A DNA stretch of 64,000 nt, from the NCBI GenBank assembly GCA_030390025.1, contig CM059436.1, positions 93,868,001-93,932,000 on the forward strand, written 5' to 3'. Each line of letters opens with the position of its first letter. Position 1 is the first letter of the stretch. The position numbers and the translations under genes are program-made. Source of the stretch: Squalus acanthias (taxonomy: Eukaryota). Positions 63,833-64,000 of this stretch are shown piece by piece. The notes under the pieces were generated by a model, which made no database searches, was not told where the DNA came from, and saw only the letters and a program-made list of their open reading frames with translations.

Positions 63833-64000
63833 AAATAGGTAGTATCATGGGGTTCCTGGCAAGGTGCGAGAGCTGTCTCCTAAAGCCATGGTGACAAATC
63901 AACAGCACTCCTATCGATTCTGAATACGAAAAGACAGCAACTTGAAGGGCTCTAAATCACCGGAATCGCTGTTGAAACCACCAGAAAATTGAGCGCAAGA

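Larger units (their letters stand above)
18080..64000 (-). repeat. Tandem array of a 1,497-bp unit, about 30.7 copies, each with one U5 snRNA gene
   Basis: Identical landmarks recur every 1,497 bp (U5 3' ends at 54736, 56233, 57730, 59227, 60724, 62221, 63718). The array runs off the right edge of the window. Confidence 0.98.

Noticed and set aside
18080-64000. CRISPR array or plain centromeric satellite
   Set aside because: The 1.5-kb units have no unique spacers, the context is eukaryotic, and every unit holds a complete snRNA gene cassette.

Overview
Eukaryotic (vertebrate) genomic DNA. The repeat families (CR1 and L2 LINEs, HE1-like and SacSINE1/LF-SINE-like SINEs, Harbinger) point to a cartilaginous fish; this is an inference. 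I found no supportable host protein-coding gene. Bases 1-18,080 are a stack of nested transposable elements: three minus-strand CR1 copies with internal insertions, L2 3' fragments, a Tx1/L1-clade 3' fragment with a perfect 16-bp TSD, a DeuSINE, MITEs, and a nearly intact PIF/Harbinger transposon with a DDE transposase and a convergent second ORF. From about 18,080 to the window end is a head-to-tail array of a 1,497-bp unit (about 30.7 units). Each unit carries one minus-strand U5 spliceosomal snRNA gene (31 copies) with a full Pol II snRNA cassette: SPH plus octamer distal element, PSE and 3' box. This U5 is divergent but structurally compensated, and the copies vary at the Sm site and at the base closing loop 1. 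The many short repeated ORFs in the array are non-coding by-products of the repeat.
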